Of a DNA stretch of 64,000 nt, positions 19,733 through 29,365 are shown in pieces. The notes below the pieces were generated by a model. It was not told where the DNA came from. It made no database searches and saw only the letters and a program-made list of their open reading frames with translations. Origin of the DNA: Longimicrobiales bacterium (GTDB taxonomy: Bacteria > Gemmatimonadota > Gemmatimonadetes > Longimicrobiales > Gaopeijiaceae). A program made the position numbers and the translations under genes. Each line of letters starts with the position of its first letter. The first letter of the stretch is position 1. The DNA lies in NCBI GenBank assembly GCA_965249725.1, contig CBDFMQ010000002.1, positions 544,001 to 608,000 on the forward strand, given 5' to 3'.

Positions 19733-20221
19733 GTGGGCCTCGTCCTCGGGGCGGCGCTGCTCACCATCGGCGTCATGCTCTTCCTCCTGATCCCCATCCT
19801 TCGCGGGGAATGGGCGTCGTTCCAGCGCGCTGATCACGAGCCCACTGAAGTCGATGCCCGAAAGCACGTGGCACTCAAGGGTCTCCGTGACGCCGAGTAC
19901 GACTTCAGGTCCGGGAAGTTGAACGAGGCCGACTACAGGCAGCTGAAGGCCGAGATGTCCCGGCAGGCTCTCGAGGCCATGGAGGATGCCAAGGCGGAGG
20001 CGGATCCAGGAGCCCTTTCCGAGACGGATCCGAACGTCGCATCCGAGACGGCGTCAGCCGTCGATTTCCTCGAGGAGGAAATCAATCGGGCGCGACGTGG
20101 TCTCGCGGATGGGCGAACATGCTCGGAGTGCGGGCATGTGAACGGGGAAGGGAGCCGGTTCTGTGCGGGTTGTGGCCGTCCGCTCGCAGCCGCCATGCCC
20201 CAGTCTCCCGCCGCGGGCTAG
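19733..20221 (+). CDS. Membrane-anchored CcmI-N-like protein with a C-terminal zinc ribbon
   Basis: TM helix, then LRDAEYDFRSGKLNEADY (CcmI-like), then CSEC..FCAGCG; lies inside the ccm operon. Confidence 0.65.
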   Translation: MGLVLGAALLTIGVMLFLLIPILRGEWASFQRADHEPTEVDARKHVALKGLRDAEYDFRSGKLNEADYRQLKAEMSRQALEAMEDAKAEADPGALSETDPNVASETASAVDFLEEEINRARRGLADGRTCSECGHVNGEGSRFCAGCGRPLAAAMPQSPAAG

Positions 20222-20225
20222 GGCT

Positions 20226-20939
20226 TTGAGCTTCGGCCTCGAGGCCGAGGGACTCGTCCGAACCTTCGGTGGCCTTCGAGCCGTCGACGGCGTCAGTTTC
20301 CGCCTCGCCCCGGGCGAACTCCTTACGGTCCTCGGGCCCAACGGGGCCGGCAAGACGACTCTGCTACGGATGCTCGCGGGCACACTTCGGCCCACGGCGG
20401 GGAATGTAAGGGTGTCCGGCGAACCGGCGGACATCGCCGAGCGGGAATGGCGGAGCCGGGTAGGCGTGGTGTCCCATCAGAGTCTGCTGTACGGCCAACT
20501 CTCGGCCGAGGAGAACCTGCGATTCTACGGACGTCTCTTCGGGCTCAAGGACCTTCGTGACCGAATTCACGAACGACTCGCCTCGGTCGGCTTGTCGGAC
20601 CGGGCCACCACGCCGGTGCGTGATCTCTCCAGAGGACTCAAACAGCGAGTCGCCTTGGCGAGGGCGCTTCTGCACGATCCCGAGGTCGTCCTGCTCGACG
20701 AGCCGTACGCGGGACTCGATGCCCACGCTGCCGCTGTACTCCGGGACCAGCTCGCCTCGCTGAAGAACGGCAGTCGCACGGTGGTGCTGGTCACCCACAA
20801 CCTGGGGCAGGGCTTGGAGATCGCCGACCGCATAGCCATTCAGTTCCGCGGTCGTTTCGTGGCGGTAGAGGATAGGGGCGGTTGGGACACCGAGGGGTTC
20901 GAGACCTTCTACCGCGCCACGGTCGAGGCGGCCGAGTGA
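20226..20939 (+). CDS. ccmA: Heme ABC exporter ATPase CcmA
   Basis: GPNGAGKT, LSRG, LLDEP; next to ccmB. Start reassigned to TTG 20226. Confidence 0.9.
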   Translation: MSFGLEAEGLVRTFGGLRAVDGVSFRLAPGELLTVLGPNGAGKTTLLRMLAGTLRPTAGNVRVSGEPADIAEREWRSRVGVVSHQSLLYGQLSAEENLRFYGRLFGLKDLRDRIHERLASVGLSDRATTPVRDLSRGLKQRVALARALLHDPEVVLLDEPYAGLDAHAAAVLRDQLASLKNGSRTVVLVTHNLGQGLEIADRIAIQFRGRFVAVEDRGGWDTEGFETFYRATVEAAE

Positions 20940-21616
20940 TGGACTATCTTCGCCTCGTCTGGACGATCGCCCGGAAGGACGTGATGGTCGAGCTTCGGAC
21001 CTACGAGAGGCTGGCCGCGATGGGGGCCTTCGCCGTGCTGATAGGCGTCCTCTTCAACTACGCCATCGACACCTCTCAGGTGCGACCGCAAGCCATCGCC
21101 GCGGGGCTGATATGGATGACGATCCTTTTCGGGGGGATGTTGGGCTTGGGGCGCACCTTCCAGCTCGAACAGGAGGACGGAGCACTGACGGGCCTTCTGC
21201 AGAGCCCGATTCCGTTGGATGCGCTCTACCTCGGAAAGGTCGTGGCTAACTTCATTCTCCTCGGGATCATCGTGGCGCTCGTGTTCGTCGTCTTTGGAGC
21301 CTTCTTCAACCTCAGGTTTCCCGGAAGCCCGGTGGCGCTGACCGCGATTGTTGCGTTCGGAGTCTTGGGCTTTGTGGCGCTTACCACACTCTTCAGCGCG
21401 GTGGCGACCAGAAGCACCATGGGCGAGAGCTTGCTTCCTGTGCTCGTTTTCCCCCTCGTGGTGCCGGTGGTCATCTACGGAGCCACGGCCACGGGGCGCT
21501 TGTTCGCGGGACGCCCCGTCGCTGAAGTGACCGGGAACATTCGGATGTTGGCCGCGTTTGCCCTCCTGTTCCTACTGGCGGGCGCAGTGTTGTTTCGTTT
21601 CGTGATCGAAGAATGA
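20939..21616 (+). CDS. ccmB: Heme exporter permease CcmB
   Basis: KDVMVELR, EQEDGAL, YLGK, LLPVLVFPLVVP; TGATG overlap with ccmA. Confidence 0.92.
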   Translation: MDYLRLVWTIARKDVMVELRTYERLAAMGAFAVLIGVLFNYAIDTSQVRPQAIAAGLIWMTILFGGMLGLGRTFQLEQEDGALTGLLQSPIPLDALYLGKVVANFILLGIIVALVFVVFGAFFNLRFPGSPVALTAIVAFGVLGFVALTTLFSAVATRSTMGESLLPVLVFPLVVPVVIYGATATGRLFAGRPVAEVTGNIRMLAAFALLFLLAGAVLFRFVIEE

Positions 21617-21632
21617 AGGGGTCGTATCGACG

Positions 21633-22343
21633 ATGAACCTCAAACGAATCCGCTGGGGTGTGATCGGACTCGGGACGCTCGGCATCGCGACGGTGTTGCT
21701 CTTGCACTGGATGGTGTTCTTCTGGGTGCCTACCGAGTCGTTCCAGGGTGTGGTCCAACGAATCTTCTACATCCATGTACCGTCGTGGTGGATCACCTTC
21801 CTGGCCTTCGGGATGGTGGCGCTCTACAGCGCCGTGTACCTGTGGCTCGGAGACGAACGGTTGGACATGGCGGCCGTGGCTGCGGCGGAGGGAGGGATGG
21901 TGTTCTGCACCATCGGCCTCCTGACCGGTCCCCTCTGGGGCCGTGTAGCTTGGGGCGCCTGGTGGACCTGGGAGCCCAGGCTCACCCTGGCTCTTCTGCT
22001 CTGGTTCATCTATCTGGGCTACTTTCTCGTACGCCGAAGCACGTCCAACCCCGAGCAAGGCAAGCGGTTGGCGGCTGTCGTGGGGATCGTCGGCGTGTTG
22101 GACATCCCCCTCATTCACATCAGCGTGAGCTGGCTGCGGTCCCTGCACCCGGAAGCCGTGGTCATGAGGCCGGACGGACCGAACCTGGACTCCTCCATGC
22201 TGTGGACCCTGATGGTCGGGCTGCTGGCCTACACCTTCCTTTTCTTCTCGCTCTTCCTGGCTCGGTATGCCGTGGAGCGCTACGAGCGTGAGCAATTCCT
22301 CAGAGAGGCGACCCCGGCGGCTGCCCACGGAGCGGACTCATGA
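21633..22343 (+). CDS. ccmC: Heme exporter/chaperone CcmC
   Basis: RIFYIHVP, WGRVAWGAWWTWEPRLT, RSLHP. Confidence 0.95.
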   Translation: MNLKRIRWGVIGLGTLGIATVLLLHWMVFFWVPTESFQGVVQRIFYIHVPSWWITFLAFGMVALYSAVYLWLGDERLDMAAVAAAEGGMVFCTIGLLTGPLWGRVAWGAWWTWEPRLTLALLLWFIYLGYFLVRRSTSNPEQGKRLAAVVGIVGVLDIPLIHISVSWLRSLHPEAVVMRPDGPNLDSSMLWTLMVGLLAYTFLFFSLFLARYAVERYEREQFLREATPAAAHGADS

Positions 22344-22582
22344 ACGACTTGATGCGGTATACCCGCGCGATCGCCGTACTCGGCGTCGCGCTCCTGGTGG
22401 TCCATGTGAGCCCCCTGTCGGCGATGGCTCAAGAGGCCGGTGCTCTCGGTCGGCAGACCTTGGGGCGGCCCTACTGGCACGTCTTTGCCGCCTATGCCAT
22501 CGCCTGGGTCGCGATCTTCGGTTGGGGCATCTCGATGGCACGTCGGCTACGTCGAGTCGAGGAGCGCTTCGGCGCAGAGTAG
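22340..22582 (+). CDS. ccmD: CcmD family small membrane protein with an N-terminal signal-like extension
   Basis: VFAAYAIAW..G....RRLRR pattern; ATGA overlap with ccmC. Confidence 0.7.
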   Translation: MNDLMRYTRAIAVLGVALLVVHVSPLSAMAQEAGALGRQTLGRPYWHVFAAYAIAWVAIFGWGISMARRLRRVEERFGAE

Positions 22583-22602
22583 CACCGAGGAGGAAAGCGC
22601 TA

Positions 22603-23961
22603 CTACCCCGCCAGCGTGGCGATCATGTCCCGGAACGCTATCCACGCCATGAAGGCGAGTACCGGCGGAATCAGGTAACGGATCACGAGCACGAGGGCGG
22701 GGAGGGAACGGGCGATGAGGGGGGATGCGCCCTCTGAGAGGTGGCGCACCGGTTCGGTCATTCGTCGTCCGAAGAACAGCGACATTCCCAACACGCCGAC
22801 CACGACGAAGAACTCACCGGCGACCTTGTCGAGTATCCCCAGGAGGTCGCCCGAGAGAGCGACGAATACACCGATGATCGCGGCGAGCGTTCCCGCCAGC
22901 AGCGCTGCCGTCCGCCGGGGGAGCTTGAATTCGTCGATTCCCGTGGCTACGACCACCTCGAGGAGTGAGACCGTCGAGGTGATCGACGCCACGGCCAGAG
23001 CGACAAAGAACGAGACTCCGACCACCCGCCCGATGATCCCCATTTCTCTGAAGGCGCCCGGCAACGAAATGAAGAGCGTGCCGATCGTGCTCTCCGTCAT
23101 CTCACCGGATAGACCGAGCGCGAAGATCACGGGAAACACCACGAGCCCGGCGATGAACGCGACCGCGAAATCGGACATCGAGACGATCAGCGCTTCTCGA
23201 CCCAGGTTCTCGGTTCCGGACAGATAAGAGCCATACGTCAGCATGATGCCCATGCCCACGCTCAGCGAGAAGAAGGCCTGGCTGGCAGCTCCTTGGATGA
23301 CCAGTGGGTCCAGGAGCGAGCTCACGGACGGCGTGAGATAGAACGCATACCCGGGCGCCGCTCCGTCGAGCGTCGCGGCCCATATCGCGAGCGCGATGAG
23401 AATGATGAACAGCACGGGCATCAGGAGAACGCTGGCTCGTGCGATGCCTTTCTTCACACCCAGCAGGACGATACCCGTCGTCACTCCCATGATGAGGATG
23501 TGGTAGAAGGCGGCGACCGATCCGGTCGCGACCTCCGCGTATCGAGCCCCGGGTGTTGCGGAGTAGCCTGCGACGAGCCCGTCGAGGGCATATCGGATGG
23601 TCCAGCCCGTGATGACCGACAGATAGGAGACGATCAACAGCGACGTGAGTACGAAGAGGTAGCCCAGCGGAACCCAGGTGGCCCCCCCCATCGCGCGCAA
23701 CGCACCTACCGACGAGAGTCGGGTCCGACGCCCCACGCCGAACTCCGCCATCATCATCGGGACCCCGATGAGGAGGGTCATCCCGAGATACAGCAGCACG
23801 AACGCAGCACCTCCGCCCTCGGCGGTTCGGTACGAAAATCGCCACATGTTGCCAGGCCCGACCGCACTTCCCACCGCTGCCATGATGAAGCCCGCTCGGC
23901 TGCCGAAGAGTTCTCTTTGGCGCGAGGCGCCCGGTGGGAGCGCGGCTCCCGGCTGCTCCAT
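22603..23961 (-). CDS. Sodium-dependent transporter (NSS/SNF family)
   Basis: GSAVGPGNMWRF, GGGAAF, QAFFSLSVGMG; multiple TM helices. Confidence 0.93.
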   Translation of the reverse strand: MEQPGAALPPGASRQRELFGSRAGFIMAAVGSAVGPGNMWRFSYRTAEGGGAAFVLLYLGMTLLIGVPMMMAEFGVGRRTRLSSVGALRAMGGATWVPLGYLFVLTSLLIVSYLSVITGWTIRYALDGLVAGYSATPGARYAEVATGSVAAFYHILIMGVTTGIVLLGVKKGIARASVLLMPVLFIILIALAIWAATLDGAAPGYAFYLTPSVSSLLDPLVIQGAASQAFFSLSVGMGIMLTYGSYLSGTENLGREALIVSMSDFAVAFIAGLVVFPVIFALGLSGEMTESTIGTLFISLPGAFREMGIIGRVVGVSFFVALAVASITSTVSLLEVVVATGIDEFKLPRRTAALLAGTLAAIIGVFVALSGDLLGILDKVAGEFFVVVGVLGMSLFFGRRMTEPVRHLSEGASPLIARSLPALVLVIRYLIPPVLAFMAWIAFRDMIATLAG

Positions 23962-23963
23962 GC

Positions 23964-24950
23964 TCAGTTCCAGCTCAGCCCGCGGAGCTTTTCGACGTCG
24001 AGGTTCCCGCCACTCAGGACCGCACAGACCTTGGTGGCCGGCGGAGCCTCGATCAGCCCCTGAAGCAATGCTCCCACGGGTGCGGCCGCCGCGCCCTCGG
24101 GCACGAGCTTAGCCCGAGCCATCACCCACAGAACCGCATCGAAGATCTGCTCGTCGGGCAGCGTTACGATCTCGTCGACGAAGCGGGATACTACCGAGCG
24201 CGTGTGCTCCCCGACGCGTTTGACCCGAAGCCCGTCGATGACACAGTCGACCTCCTCCAGAGTGACGCGATGGCCCGCCTCGACACTGAGCTTCATGGCT
24301 GGCGCGCCGGAGGACTCCACCCCGATGACCCGAACCGATGGATTGACGCTCTTGACCGCCATGGAGACTCCAGAAATCAGCCCACCGCCGCCGATGGGTA
24401 CGACGACGACTTCGACTTCGGGGAAGTCATCCATGATCTCGAGTCCCACCGTGCCCTGACCCGCGATCAGGTCGGGATCGTCAAACGGATGGATATAGGT
24501 GAGCCCGCGCTCCTCGAGCAATTCCAGCGCCTTCTCGTTCGCCTCGTCCCAGATCTGTCCGTGCAGCACGACCTCGGCGCCGTAGCCCTCGGTGGCGGCG
24601 ATCTTCGAGGGTGTGGCGTTCTCGGCCATCACGACGATCGCCTTCACGCCGTACTGCCGAGCGGCGATGGCGACTCCCTGCGAGTGGTTGCCTGCGGACG
24701 AACAGATGACCCCGCGGGCCCGCTCCTCGTCCGACAGGAGCGAGATTTTGTTCATGGGCCCGCGCACTTTGTAGGCCCCGCCTCTCTGGAACAGCTCGGC
24801 CTTGAGGCGAACGTCGAAGCCCGTCTCCTCGCTCAGGGAACGGGATGTGAGCATGGGTGTGTGGTACACATGAGGGGCGACGACCGCGCGGGCTCGCTCG
24901 AAATCTGCGCGGGTCAGTGTGAGTTCGTCGCTTGTGCCCGTTTCGCTCAT
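23964..24950 (-). CDS. Threonine/serine dehydratase (short form, no ACT domain)
   Basis: KAELFQRGGAYKVRG, SAGNH, HPFDD, GQGT, GGGGL, SGGN. Start reassigned to ATG 24950 (MSETG). Confidence 0.92.
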   Translation of the reverse strand: MSETGTSDELTLTRADFERARAVVAPHVYHTPMLTSRSLSEETGFDVRLKAELFQRGGAYKVRGPMNKISLLSDEERARGVICSSAGNHSQGVAIAARQYGVKAIVVMAENATPSKIAATEGYGAEVVLHGQIWDEANEKALELLEERGLTYIHPFDDPDLIAGQGTVGLEIMDDFPEVEVVVVPIGGGGLISGVSMAVKSVNPSVRVIGVESSGAPAMKLSVEAGHRVTLEEVDCVIDGLRVKRVGEHTRSVVSRFVDEIVTLPDEQIFDAVLWVMARAKLVPEGAAAAPVGALLQGLIEAPPATKVCAVLSGGNLDVEKLRGLSWN

Positions 24951-25145
24951 GGATCGTTCTCGCGCTGCTATGGGAGGGTGGGGAATCGAGGGAATGGAAC
25001 GTACGCGGCGACCCCTGTGGGGCAACCGTTTCGGACTGGTTGATCGGCGCTGTGGCACACATCTGGCAAGGTGAGTAGGGTGGGGGGTCGTTCGGATGCC
25101 CCCGATCCACGCGGGAGGCTGGACGACAGAAGGGAGGCCGCCGTC

Positions 25146-26537
25146 ATGAAGACCACGCTCGAGAGGACTCGCACAGCAGTGATTCGAACGATCGCCATCA
25201 TCCTCATGGTTCCACTGGCGGCGGTGGCTCAGTCCACCAAGGTGTCCGGTACGTTGAGGCACGGCTCGGGGCTACTGGATATTCCCGTTGCGTCGGTGCT
25301 CCCACACATGGCGCTCAGCGGTACGTACTCGGGGTTCTGGACCAGCAACGACGTCGAATTCGCAACCGATGAGGAAGGCCGCGTTACAGGGACGGAGCCC
25401 TTCGAGGGGGGTTGGAACGGCGACCTGGCGTTGGCGCTAGGGCTCTTCGACCTGCTCGAGGTGGGGGCGACGATCCAATCCCTCGAGGGAACGTCGGGGG
25501 GTGGGGCACTCTGGGGTGCGTTCGGACGCTTCACGTTCCTCAATCCCCAGGTTCACGGTTTGGGCCTGGCGGTGGGAGGACGTTACCTGAACAGCCCCGA
25601 CTTCGGAGACGGGGTCGACTACGCTCCGACTCGTCTGGGCCGGGCCGATCGAAGGGTACGTGACCGCGTTGGTAGCTCGGGCGTCGATACCGACTTCTCC
25701 TTTTATGCCGTGGCCGGCGCGGACCTTCCGGGACTCGGGGCCAGCTTTCTCCCCAAACACGATTTCACGCTGAGCGCCGGGTGGGGCAACGGACTCTTCA
25801 AGGAAGGAGACGGCCTCGACTGGCACGAGTTCTCGGACAGTGAGGGCTGGTTCGCCGGTGCCGCGTGGCACCTGCAGGTCGGTCAAAGCAAGATCTTCAC
25901 CCTGATGAGTGAGTACAACGGCTTCGACTGGAATATGGGAGGGGAGCTGGACCTGGACGGTGTCGTCGTCGGTGCCCACGTCCTCGGGGTCAACTACTCC
26001 ACCGACACCTCGGTATACCGCAGTTCGAAGCTGGGATTGAAGGTATCGATGGCGCTCTGCGGTGCCCGTCTCTGCAAGGCCACGCTCCGGGATCGCCCTG
26101 TGGGGGAGGTGGTCGTGCTGCCCGCCCCGCCGCCGGATACGGTCGTGGTTCGGCCGACGCTTCCGACGGGCGTGGCAAGCACGTTGTGCTTGGCGACCGG
26201 CGCGTCCGTCGAGGTGTTCACCACAAAGGGGGGCGCGACGCTGGTGGGCCCGAGGCGGGTACCGCTGGAGGAGTTGAGACCTGCGATCGACTTCGCCGGG
26301 ACCTATGCGGAGGGTCGTGACTGGTTCGAGGCCGAAGGGTCGATTCCGTTCGACGGGAGTGAGTTCGGCCCGTCACCGGCCCCGGTTCGGCTGAGTTGCG
26401 ATGCGATTCGAGAAGTGTCCGAACACATGGGCGTGCCGCTCTTCGTGATGCGCGATGTGAGCGAGCCCTTCGAGGTGCTGTACGTGCCGGTGCGTCCGGG
26501 TGTGTGGAAGGCATACGGGGTGCTCCGGCAGGAGTAG
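25146..26537 (+). CDS. Outer-membrane beta-barrel protein (YjbH-like N-terminus) with an unknown C-terminal domain
   Basis: GGGAGG RBS; signal peptide AVA-Q; GLLDIPVASVLP resembles the YjbH start; amphipathic beta strands; Pro-rich linker PAPPPDT. Confidence 0.55.
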   Translation: MKTTLERTRTAVIRTIAIILMVPLAAVAQSTKVSGTLRHGSGLLDIPVASVLPHMALSGTYSGFWTSNDVEFATDEEGRVTGTEPFEGGWNGDLALALGLFDLLEVGATIQSLEGTSGGGALWGAFGRFTFLNPQVHGLGLAVGGRYLNSPDFGDGVDYAPTRLGRADRRVRDRVGSSGVDTDFSFYAVAGADLPGLGASFLPKHDFTLSAGWGNGLFKEGDGLDWHEFSDSEGWFAGAAWHLQVGQSKIFTLMSEYNGFDWNMGGELDLDGVVVGAHVLGVNYSTDTSVYRSSKLGLKVSMALCGARLCKATLRDRPVGEVVVLPAPPPDTVVVRPTLPTGVASTLCLATGASVEVFTTKGGATLVGPRRVPLEELRPAIDFAGTYAEGRDWFEAEGSIPFDGSEFGPSPAPVRLSCDAIREVSEHMGVPLFVMRDVSEPFEVLYVPVRPGVWKAYGVLRQE

Positions 26538-26556
26538 GACCGGGCGGTAGGGAGCG

Positions 26557-27852
26557 CTACAGGTCGGCTACTGTGTCGACGTCTCTCAGGGTCCGTAGCG
26601 TGCACACGGCGAGGTCGAGCCCTTGGGCCACATGAAGGGTGCGGTCCAGCACCTCGGACGTGCTCCACGGGATGCCCTCGAACAATTCCGGGATGGGCCG
26701 CCGGAGGGCCAAGAGGTAGTACCCTCTGTCGGCTGCCGGGCCGATCACCAGGTCGGCGTCCGACAGGCGCTCGAACGCTTCTTCCACCAGTGCTGCGTCG
26801 AGGTCGGGCACGTCCGTGCCTACCACGCACGCCTGGCTCGCCATTTCCAGTCCGTCGCGCAGTGCGCAGAACATGCGACGTCCCAGGTCTCCGTCGGCCT
26901 GGGGCGAGAGTGTGACGTCGTCTCCCAGCCAGGACTGAACTTCGGAGGCGGCCGAGGGTGGGTCGTAACAAACCACCAATTCGTAGGCCGAGGAGCGAAG
27001 GCGCTCCATCGCACTCGAGGCCATGGACGAGTAGAGTGCGGCGGCCACCTCGGCCCCGATGCTCGACGCGAGCCTCGTCTTGACCTCGCCGGGTCGGGGG
27101 GCCTTTACGAACGCGAGCGCGAGCCGGCCGGCCGGCGCCGTTGCTCCCCGAGTGGGATAGGAGGCAACGAGCTGCTCCGGCGCCGCTCCGAGGAGGGCTC
27201 TCGCCATCACACCGATGTTCCGAAACCAGGCACGCCATTGACCCTCTTCCCGGAATCGCCGAGGGCTGGTCGGGAGGGTGGCCGGCAGGCGTTGCAGAGG
27301 TCCTCGGGCACGCAGTGTCCGGAGGATGGCCACGTCCTCCAGCAGGGGGACTTCCGGATAGCCGCCGACCGCCTCCAGGTCGGCTCTGCGGACCAGCAGC
27401 CCTTGGTCGCCGTAGGCCAGGCCTGTGATGCGCTCCCTGAGGAACTGCCCCAGCTCGATGAACCTCCAGAACCAGCCGCTACCGTCCAGAGAGAAGCGGA
27501 AGTATCCGGGCCTCGTCTCCGCTCTGTCCGCCAAGCGATGAGCCAGGCACTCTCTCGCGGGTGAGGGGAGCCGCGAGTCGGCGTGCAAAAACAGCAGCCA
27601 CGGGGTCGTGAGAACACGGTGCCCCGCGTTCAACTGATGGGCCCGTCCTCTCCGGGCCACGACGACGGTGGCGCCTGATGCGCGCGCCAGTTCCCGGGTG
27701 GCATCGGTCGATCCGCCGTCGCAGATCACGACGTCGTGCTCGACGGACAACTCCGCGAGGTCGGCGAGGAGGGAAGGGAGGTACTCGGCTTCGTTGAGGG
27801 TGGGGATCACCACCCCCAGGCGCCGCGACGCCTCGGCTCCCCCGTTCTTCAC
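26557..27852 (-). CDS. Fused glycosyltransferases: GT2 (TIGR04283-like) plus DUF2064 (TIGR04282-like)
   Basis: N-half VIPTLNE, DGGSTD, RAHQLNAG, LFLHAD, YGDQG, TSPRR; C-half KAPRPGEVKTRL, GDLGRRM, GTDVP, GPAADRGYYL, IPWST, DVDT. Confidence 0.88.
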   Translation of the reverse strand: MKNGGAEASRRLGVVIPTLNEAEYLPSLLADLAELSVEHDVVICDGGSTDATRELARASGATVVVARRGRAHQLNAGHRVLTTPWLLFLHADSRLPSPARECLAHRLADRAETRPGYFRFSLDGSGWFWRFIELGQFLRERITGLAYGDQGLLVRRADLEAVGGYPEVPLLEDVAILRTLRARGPLQRLPATLPTSPRRFREEGQWRAWFRNIGVMARALLGAAPEQLVASYPTRGATAPAGRLALAFVKAPRPGEVKTRLASSIGAEVAAALYSSMASSAMERLRSSAYELVVCYDPPSAASEVQSWLGDDVTLSPQADGDLGRRMFCALRDGLEMASQACVVGTDVPDLDAALVEEAFERLSDADLVIGPAADRGYYLLALRRPIPELFEGIPWSTSEVLDRTLHVAQGLDLAVCTLRTLRDVDTVADL

Positions 27853-27862
27853 GAGTGCTGTG

Positions 27863-29365
27863 TCAGCGAGGGACGTCGTTCAGAGTCCAGTCGTAGTCGA
27901 AAAACTCGACTACGGTGCCGTCGCCGATCCGGCCGGCCGCCCCCTGCTCCTCGAGGTAGGGGGCGAAGAACTCGAGAAGGCCTTCCTTGCCCCCAAAATC
28001 GTCACCGTACCAATCCAGGACCTTGTTCAGCCTCAAAACCGGGCGGTCTCCCGGTTCGATCACGAAGTGGGCCGGGTTGGACATGAACGCCCGAACGATC
28101 CCGTCCAATTGCTCGTCCAGTTCATCAGCCGTGAAGGCCCAGGATTGAAGCGGGGGACAGCTTATGGCTGCGCAGTTTACGGCGAAGTGGATCCTCGGAT
28201 CGCCCATCGGCCGGATGATCTCGTGTTCGATCTGGTCCTGGGAACGTGTTTGTCCGGCGACGGTGCAGTGTTCTCGTTCGAAAACGTCGGGAATCTGCCA
28301 GACGGAGTTCTCGGGCCGGTCCATGATGGCGTTCGTAGCGCGGCTCAAGAGACTCGTGTTCTTCTCGATCGGGTAGTGGTCCACGACCTGCTGGAGCATA
28401 CAGGCGTTGTACGCGTTGATCCAAAAGGCCAAACGGGCTGGGCGAGGTGCCGCTGCCAGGACGTCCGGGTCGGTGCTCGCCAGCTGCCCGAGGTACGTGT
28501 CGAGGCTCTGGCGATCGGCCTTGAGCACTGCATAGTCCACCAGCGGCGCCTGCAGGACGTGTTCGAGAACCTGGCTGAACGTCGAGTGGTCCGGGACGGC
28601 TTGGGTGGTTTGACCCGAAAGGCCGGCCGGCAGCAGCAGGATCGGCAGAAAGAGCGGAGACAGTCCCGGTATCTTCATGTTGAGCTTCTTCATTATCGTT
28701 GGCAGGAAGCTGAGGAACACCAGCAGAGCACCCGCAATCAGGACTCGGACGAGGGCCTCGCGGGAGGCCTCCTGTGAACCCTGGAGGAGGGCGTCGGCGA
28801 ACATGGTATACACGACGGTGCCCGGGAAGATGCCGACCAGGGTGGCCAGGGCGTACGTACGCCACCGAAGGGCGGTGAGACCGGATCCGAAGTTCAAGGC
28901 GTTGAACGGCACCAAGGGGACCAGGCGCAGGAGCAAGAGACCCTGGAATCCGTGCTCCTTGGTCGCCTCGTCCAGCTTCTGAAGCCTTCTTCCGCAGAGC
29001 CTCTCGATTCCGTCTCGTCCCAAGAACCGCGCGACGAGGAAAGCCAGGTTCGCGCCGATGTTAGCGGCGATGGTGTTGAACACCGTGCCCCAGAAGAAGC
29101 CGAACAGAGCGCCCCCGGCCAGCGTGAGGATCGTGCCGGGAATCGCTAAGGCGGTGGCACCTGCGTATAGAGAGATGAACAGCACGGGGGCCCACACGGA
29201 GCCTCGCAGCTCCCCGATCGCGCCGCTGATCCCATCCTGTGTAAGCAGGGAGCCGAGCGGCGTGTACCGAGCCAGCAGGAGCCCGCCCGAGATCAGCAGG
29301 GCGAAGAGGGCCAGCTTCACATAGGCTCGCCAGCCATCGTCGGGACGATCGTTCAAGTCAGCCAT
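27863..29365 (-). CDS. DedA/VTT (TVP38/TMEM64) membrane domain fused to a DUF547 domain
   Basis: PGTILTLAGGALFG, LRLVPLVPFN; then VDY, LAFWINAYN, IEH, DPRIHFAVNCAAISCP, WYGDDF, YDWTLN. Confidence 0.88.
   Translation of the reverse strand: MADLNDRPDDGWRAYVKLALFALLISGGLLLARYTPLGSLLTQDGISGAIGELRGSVWAPVLFISLYAGATALAIPGTILTLAGGALFGFFWGTVFNTIAANIGANLAFLVARFLGRDGIERLCGRRLQKLDEATKEHGFQGLLLLRLVPLVPFNALNFGSGLTALRWRTYALATLVGIFPGTVVYTMFADALLQGSQEASREALVRVLIAGALLVFLSFLPTIMKKLNMKIPGLSPLFLPILLLPAGLSGQTTQAVPDHSTFSQVLEHVLQAPLVDYAVLKADRQSLDTYLGQLASTDPDVLAAAPRPARLAFWINAYNACMLQQVVDHYPIEKNTSLLSRATNAIMDRPENSVWQIPDVFEREHCTVAGQTRSQDQIEHEIIRPMGDPRIHFAVNCAAISCPPLQSWAFTADELDEQLDGIVRAFMSNPAHFVIEPGDRPVLRLNKVLDWYGDDFGGKEGLLEFFAPYLEEQGAAGRIGDGTVVEFFDYDWTLNDVPR

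Noticed and set aside
24951..25262. N-terminal extension of threonine dehydratase
   Set aside because: It overlaps the divergent gene and intergenic region; family similarity begins near ATG 24950.
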